A stretch of DNA of 64,000 nt, from the IMG/VR virus record IMGVR_UViG_3300042868_005339; one strand, written 5' to 3'. Source of the stretch: a virus. The notes under the pieces were generated by a model. That model saw nothing but the letters and a program-made list of their open reading frames with translations. It ran no database searches and was not told the DNA's origin. The position numbers and the translations under genes were made by a program. Below are positions 60,871-64,000 of the stretch, piece by piece; positions within the stretch are counted from its first letter, which is position 1, and every line of letters starts with the position of its first letter.

Positions 60871-61374
60871 ATGGAAATAACACACAACACGCTTCGTTTA
60901 TTTTGGACTCGCAATCTTGTCGGACACAAGCCAGATCAATCAAAACCGTATTATGCAGGTCTTGATGCTTGTTGGCTTTGGTCTGGAAGTTTAGCTCCAG
61001 ACGGATATGGAAAAACCAAAGTTGGCAATGAGTGTCTATCTGCACACAGGCTATCGTGGATCATTCATAATGGCGACATACCAACTGGGAAAATAGTAAT
61101 GCACCTATGCGACAATCGAGCATGTGTAAATCCTGCTCATCTCAAACTTGGAACTACTCAGGAGAATACAGCCGACTCAGTGCAAAAAGGTCGCAGAAAT
61201 CCGGCTATTGGTAAGCAACTGCCACAATCCAAGTTGAACGAGACGAGTGTTTTGGCAATTCGTGATGCGGCTAGACGTGGAATACCACAGGCTCAAATAG
61301 CGCAAACTTTTGGCCTATGCCAACAAACTATTCACCAAGTTGTTACTCGTAAAACGTGGAAGCACGTTGCTTAA
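60871..61374 (+). CDS. HNH homing endonuclease with C-terminal HTH
   Basis: CWLWSG..DGYG, AHRLSW, HLCDNRACVNPAHLKLGTTQEN and ...IHQVVTRKTWKHVA. It runs opposite to all neighbouring genes. Confidence 0.85.
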   Translation: MEITHNTLRLFWTRNLVGHKPDQSKPYYAGLDACWLWSGSLAPDGYGKTKVGNECLSAHRLSWIIHNGDIPTGKIVMHLCDNRACVNPAHLKLGTTQENTADSVQKGRRNPAIGKQLPQSKLNETSVLAIRDAARRGIPQAQIAQTFGLCQQTIHQVVTRKTWKHVA

Positions 61375-62294
61375 ATCAGTTTTTCTAGCCACCTATCAAA
61401 CTCAGAACAAGATCTTGTTTCTGTTCCTTTGTATGGAAGAAAGTGAGCGCCTAATATTGCCTCACAGTAACGCCTTTGCGCTGTTATGTCATTCACTGGA
61501 TTGCTCAAGAATTGAATGATTCGCGTAATATCTTCATGGCATTCAAAAACAGCACTACTTCCAGTGAATGCTCCAGTTCCAAGTACTGCCGTTGGAAGAC
61601 CAAGCAGACAAGCCTCGGATGCAGTTGTTGAATTAACCGTTATTACGGCTGAGCAATTTGGAAGCAGGCTTCGCATATCGCCATCCATTGACCATGTAAA
61701 CTTGTCTCTTGCTGGATGTTTTTCAAATAGACTGCGCTCTCTCGGATGAGGACGAATCAATAGGTTCGTATTCGCCGGAATCATATTAATTATTGAGTCA
61801 AGAACCCATTCAACACGATCACCTCGCGGAGCTATTGGGAACTCAAAATTGATGTTGCAGTCATTTCTGCACTGTAGAGCAAAAAGTATAGGTCCACTCT
61901 GATCACCGCCAGCAAATGCTTTGGCTCGTAAATGCTTTGATGCGAAATCTTCGCAATCCACATTGAATGATTGCATCCAATGTCTCTCTTTACATAAAGA
62001 AGACTGCGAGAAAAAACCTCTACTATCCACAAAACTTCCAGCCCGTTGTGCTAGAAGAGAGTTCTCCACATGCAGAACATTATTTCCGAACGATGAGGTC
62101 CATGAATGTGGCATTCGACATTGCCAAGTGATGATGTTTGGCGAAGTCTTGAATACCTCTTTATAGTTGGCTGTAGATTGAGTGACATTATGCCAAGTTA
62201 CCTCTGCTCCTTGATCTCTGCATTTGGAATCTACCCACGGTTTAATATCGGATTTCAGGACAATCTCAGTTACCAGAGCGGCCACTTGTTTCAT
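61371..62294 (-). CDS. Capsule_synth (KpsS/KpsC-like) glycosyltransferase family protein
   Basis: ILFALQCRNDCNI, LLIRPHPRE and VITVNSTTASEACLLGLPTAVLGTG. Confidence 0.6.
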   Translation of the reverse strand: MKQVAALVTEIVLKSDIKPWVDSKCRDQGAEVTWHNVTQSTANYKEVFKTSPNIITWQCRMPHSWTSSFGNNVLHVENSLLAQRAGSFVDSRGFFSQSSLCKERHWMQSFNVDCEDFASKHLRAKAFAGGDQSGPILFALQCRNDCNINFEFPIAPRGDRVEWVLDSIINMIPANTNLLIRPHPRERSLFEKHPARDKFTWSMDGDMRSLLPNCSAVITVNSTTASEACLLGLPTAVLGTGAFTGSSAVFECHEDITRIIQFLSNPVNDITAQRRYCEAILGAHFLPYKGTETRSCSEFDRWLEKLI

Positions 62295-63025
62295 TGCTTA
62301 ATAATACCAATAACCTCCCGCAACGCAAGTTCGTGATTATTCCATGCACCAATGATATGATGTATTGGAGAGCGTTTCTGTGATTCCATGCGAGCGTGAC
62401 ATCCTTGCTTATATGTCTGACCCGGTATGACACCAAGATCGTCACCCCAAAGAAGTATAAGAGGAACCTTCAATAGAATTGCTAAATGTGCTAAACCACT
62501 ATCTGTTGAGACAACAAAACGGGAGCCAAGCATGGCTGCTGCGATCTCATCTAAGTTTGTAACTAGTGTCAATCCGCAATCAGATGACATATCTTCTTTG
62601 CCAGCGGCGATAACACGCAAGCCAGCGTCAACAAGACCAGAAGTTAAGTAGGGCCATCCTTCCCAGTTTCGATGTGGAGAACTTGTCGCCTTACCCCTTG
62701 GAGCAACCAATACATCGCAAGAACTTTTATTGGCTGATATTGGAGTAACGTCTATATCAGTTTTTGCTGGTATTGACCAGCTTATCTTCACAAACTCAGC
62801 TTCTGGGAACTGGTTTTTTAACTCTCTTACCACAAGCCTCTCACCCCATCCGTTTAGGTCTTCTGATACATCCACAAAATCAGTCGCCGTTGGGTATAAA
62901 AATCTCCAAGCTACTGGGCAACAAACAGTCAATCTATCGCAGACAATAGATGCGACTCTCCGAACCTTGAAGCTAATCGTATCACCTAGTCTATATCGTT
63001 CAGGGATAACAATAATGTGCTTCAT
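62291..63025 (-). CDS. GT9 (heptosyltransferase-like) glycosyltransferase
   Basis: VVSTDSGLAHLAILLKVPLILLWG, and NWEGWPYL upstream. Confidence 0.65.
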   Translation of the reverse strand: MKHIIVIPERYRLGDTISFKVRRVASIVCDRLTVCCPVAWRFLYPTATDFVDVSEDLNGWGERLVVRELKNQFPEAEFVKISWSIPAKTDIDVTPISANKSSCDVLVAPRGKATSSPHRNWEGWPYLTSGLVDAGLRVIAAGKEDMSSDCGLTLVTNLDEIAAAMLGSRFVVSTDSGLAHLAILLKVPLILLWGDDLGVIPGQTYKQGCHARMESQKRSPIHHIIGAWNNHELALREVIGIIKQ

Positions 63026-63618
63026 GCCAATTCAATCAAGACTTGTTTCTCCTTTGTATTCCTAGCTAAAACGGAAAAATCTGCACCAGTTTTGTTAATC
63101 CAATCCAAAAATGCTTTGAACTCGTGATCTTCGTATCCATTGTAGTTATAAAACTCGTCAAAAAGCAGAAGAGGCTTTTCTGTCAAAATCAACTCACTCA
63201 AAGAGCACAAAATAGTTTGCGTTGAACTGCCTAAATCACAGTCAAAGTGAACAGCTTCTAGCCGTCTTGTAGTATCATGCGATACCGATAAGAAATTTGG
63301 CAGTGTTTCATTGAACAATCCTGGCACAATCTTGACGTTCTCTCGCCATTTGAGCTTACTAACGTCAGTTTTAAAATGTCCAACTGGATGCCCTGGAGTC
63401 CATTCTTCTGGAAGTCCATCAAATGAATCAAATCCAGTAAAAAGAGCATTCGGCCTAACTTCTGCCATGTAATTAATAGACCTGCCATTCCATACGCCAA
63501 ACTCAAATGCGTTACCATTGGTAATTCCAGTGAGGTATCTGTGCCATATTTCGCCACGCGTTTTGCATTTCATAGGAGCCGCCATAACACGGGCGCGTAG
63601 TTCGTAAAATGTTATCAT
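63022..63618 (-). CDS. TylF/MycF-type SAM-dependent O-methyltransferase
   Basis: [31 protein letters not shown] and LLLFDEF. Confidence 0.7.
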   Translation of the reverse strand: MITFYELRARVMAAPMKCKTRGEIWHRYLTGITNGNAFEFGVWNGRSINYMAEVRPNALFTGFDSFDGLPEEWTPGHPVGHFKTDVSKLKWRENVKIVPGLFNETLPNFLSVSHDTTRRLEAVHFDCDLGSSTQTILCSLSELILTEKPLLLFDEFYNYNGYEDHEFKAFLDWINKTGADFSVLARNTKEKQVLIELA

Positions 63619-64000
63619 GGAGACGGAGATGGACTCGGAGACGGACTTGGCGTAGGCGTAGGTGTCGGGCTAGGAGACAGAGTTGGACATGGAGTTGGGC
63701 ATGGAGACGGACAAGGTGACGGAGAAGGTGACGGAGAAGGACTTGGACTTGGAGAAGGACTTGGACTTGGAGAAGGACTTGGACTTGGAGAAGGACTTGG
63801 ACTTGGAGAGGGGGAAGGAGATGGTGTTGGGGATGGACTCGGCGTAGGCGTAGGCGTAGGCGTAGGCGTAGGCGTAGGCGTAGGCGTAGGTGTAGGCGAC
63901 GGAGATGGTGTTGGTATCGGTGGCGGGGTTCCAGGACCAATGTAACTTACAGATCCAGTAAAAAAACCTGGAGTGCCATCCTTAAATTTTCCAAATATCT
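63615..64000 (-). CDS. 3' end of a protein terminating in a ~100-aa Pro-Thr/Pro-Ser tail (5' end outside window)
   Basis: Hand translation of the frame with codon first bases at 2 mod 3 gives ...[35 protein letters not shown](TP)n...(SP)n...[10 protein letters not shown]...(SP)n*. The TGA overlaps the methyltransferase ATG. The track's LRLR ORF is the wrong frame. Confidence 0.6.
   Translation of the reverse strand, partial: IFGKFKDGTPGFFTGSVSYIGPGTPPPIPTPSPSPTPTPTPTPTPTPTPTPTPSPSPTPSPSPSPSPSPSPSPSPSPSPSPSPSPSPSPSPSPSPCPSPCPTPCPTLSPSPTPTPTPSPSPSPSPSP
63733..63888 (-). repeat. Perfect micro/minisatellite arrays inside the PS/PT tail
   Basis: GGAGAAGGACTTGGACTT x4 (63733..63804) and GGCGTA x8 (63841..63888). 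Confidence 0.9.

Noticed and set aside
63512-63940. 142-aa ORF reading LRLRLR...[11 protein letters not shown]
   Set aside because: This is the wrong frame of the PS/PT repeat. It overlaps the methyltransferase N-terminus, whereas the TP/SP frame stays open to the window edge and ends in a TGA coupled to the methyltransferase ATG.

Overview
The whole 64-kb window reads as one densely packed segment of a dsDNA tailed-phage genome. By eye I saw no rRNA, tRNA, CRISPR array, integrase or cellular housekeeping gene.

Layout:
- 1-2.0 kb (+): 3' part of thyX, an XRE regulator and two unknown genes.
- 2.1-28.7 kb (-): late and assorted genes. These are an HNH endonuclease, the large terminase, two separate peptidoglycan-hydrolase modules, and a metallophosphoesterase interrupted by a LAGLIDADG intein. 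They are followed by the tail fibre, putative major capsid, scaffold and portal, a sugar-modifying gene trio, and about 15 small genes.
- 28.7-29.4 kb: a divergent control region.
- 29.0-44.1 kb (+): early, recombination and replication genes. There are many tiny genes in a GC-richer stretch and a leftward HTH gene faced by two identical palindromic operators. Then come MazG, an SSAP plus PD-(D/E)XK exonuclease pair, a RusA-like gene, an HNH endonuclease, a replisome-organiser-like gene and a T7 gp4-type primase-helicase.
- 44.2-45.8 kb (+): a compositionally distinct insert carrying an XRE-ImmA/IrrE fusion and a truncated PIN gene.
- 45.8-64.0 kb (-): a 3,532-aa giant protein with flanking virion-type genes, a free-standing HNH endonuclease, and a second sugar-modifying trio. 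That trio lies just downstream of a protein ending in a long Pro-Ser/Pro-Thr tail.

Most notable observations:
- the intein in catalytic motif III of the phosphoesterase
- the unusual load of selfish nuclease genes, including a five-member Cys4-ribbon/degenerate-HNH family
- two glycan-enzyme clusters embedded in virion operons next to a PS/PT acceptor-like tail
- the giant multi-module protein with internal repeats
- a switch-like HTH gene with paired operators
- a repeated, covarying stem-loop element after early genes
- a RusA-like gene whose two halves sit in different frames around an A AAA AAG site

All functional calls rest on motif recognition by eye and on gene order. No database search was run. 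The portal, capsid and scaffold calls in particular are positional.
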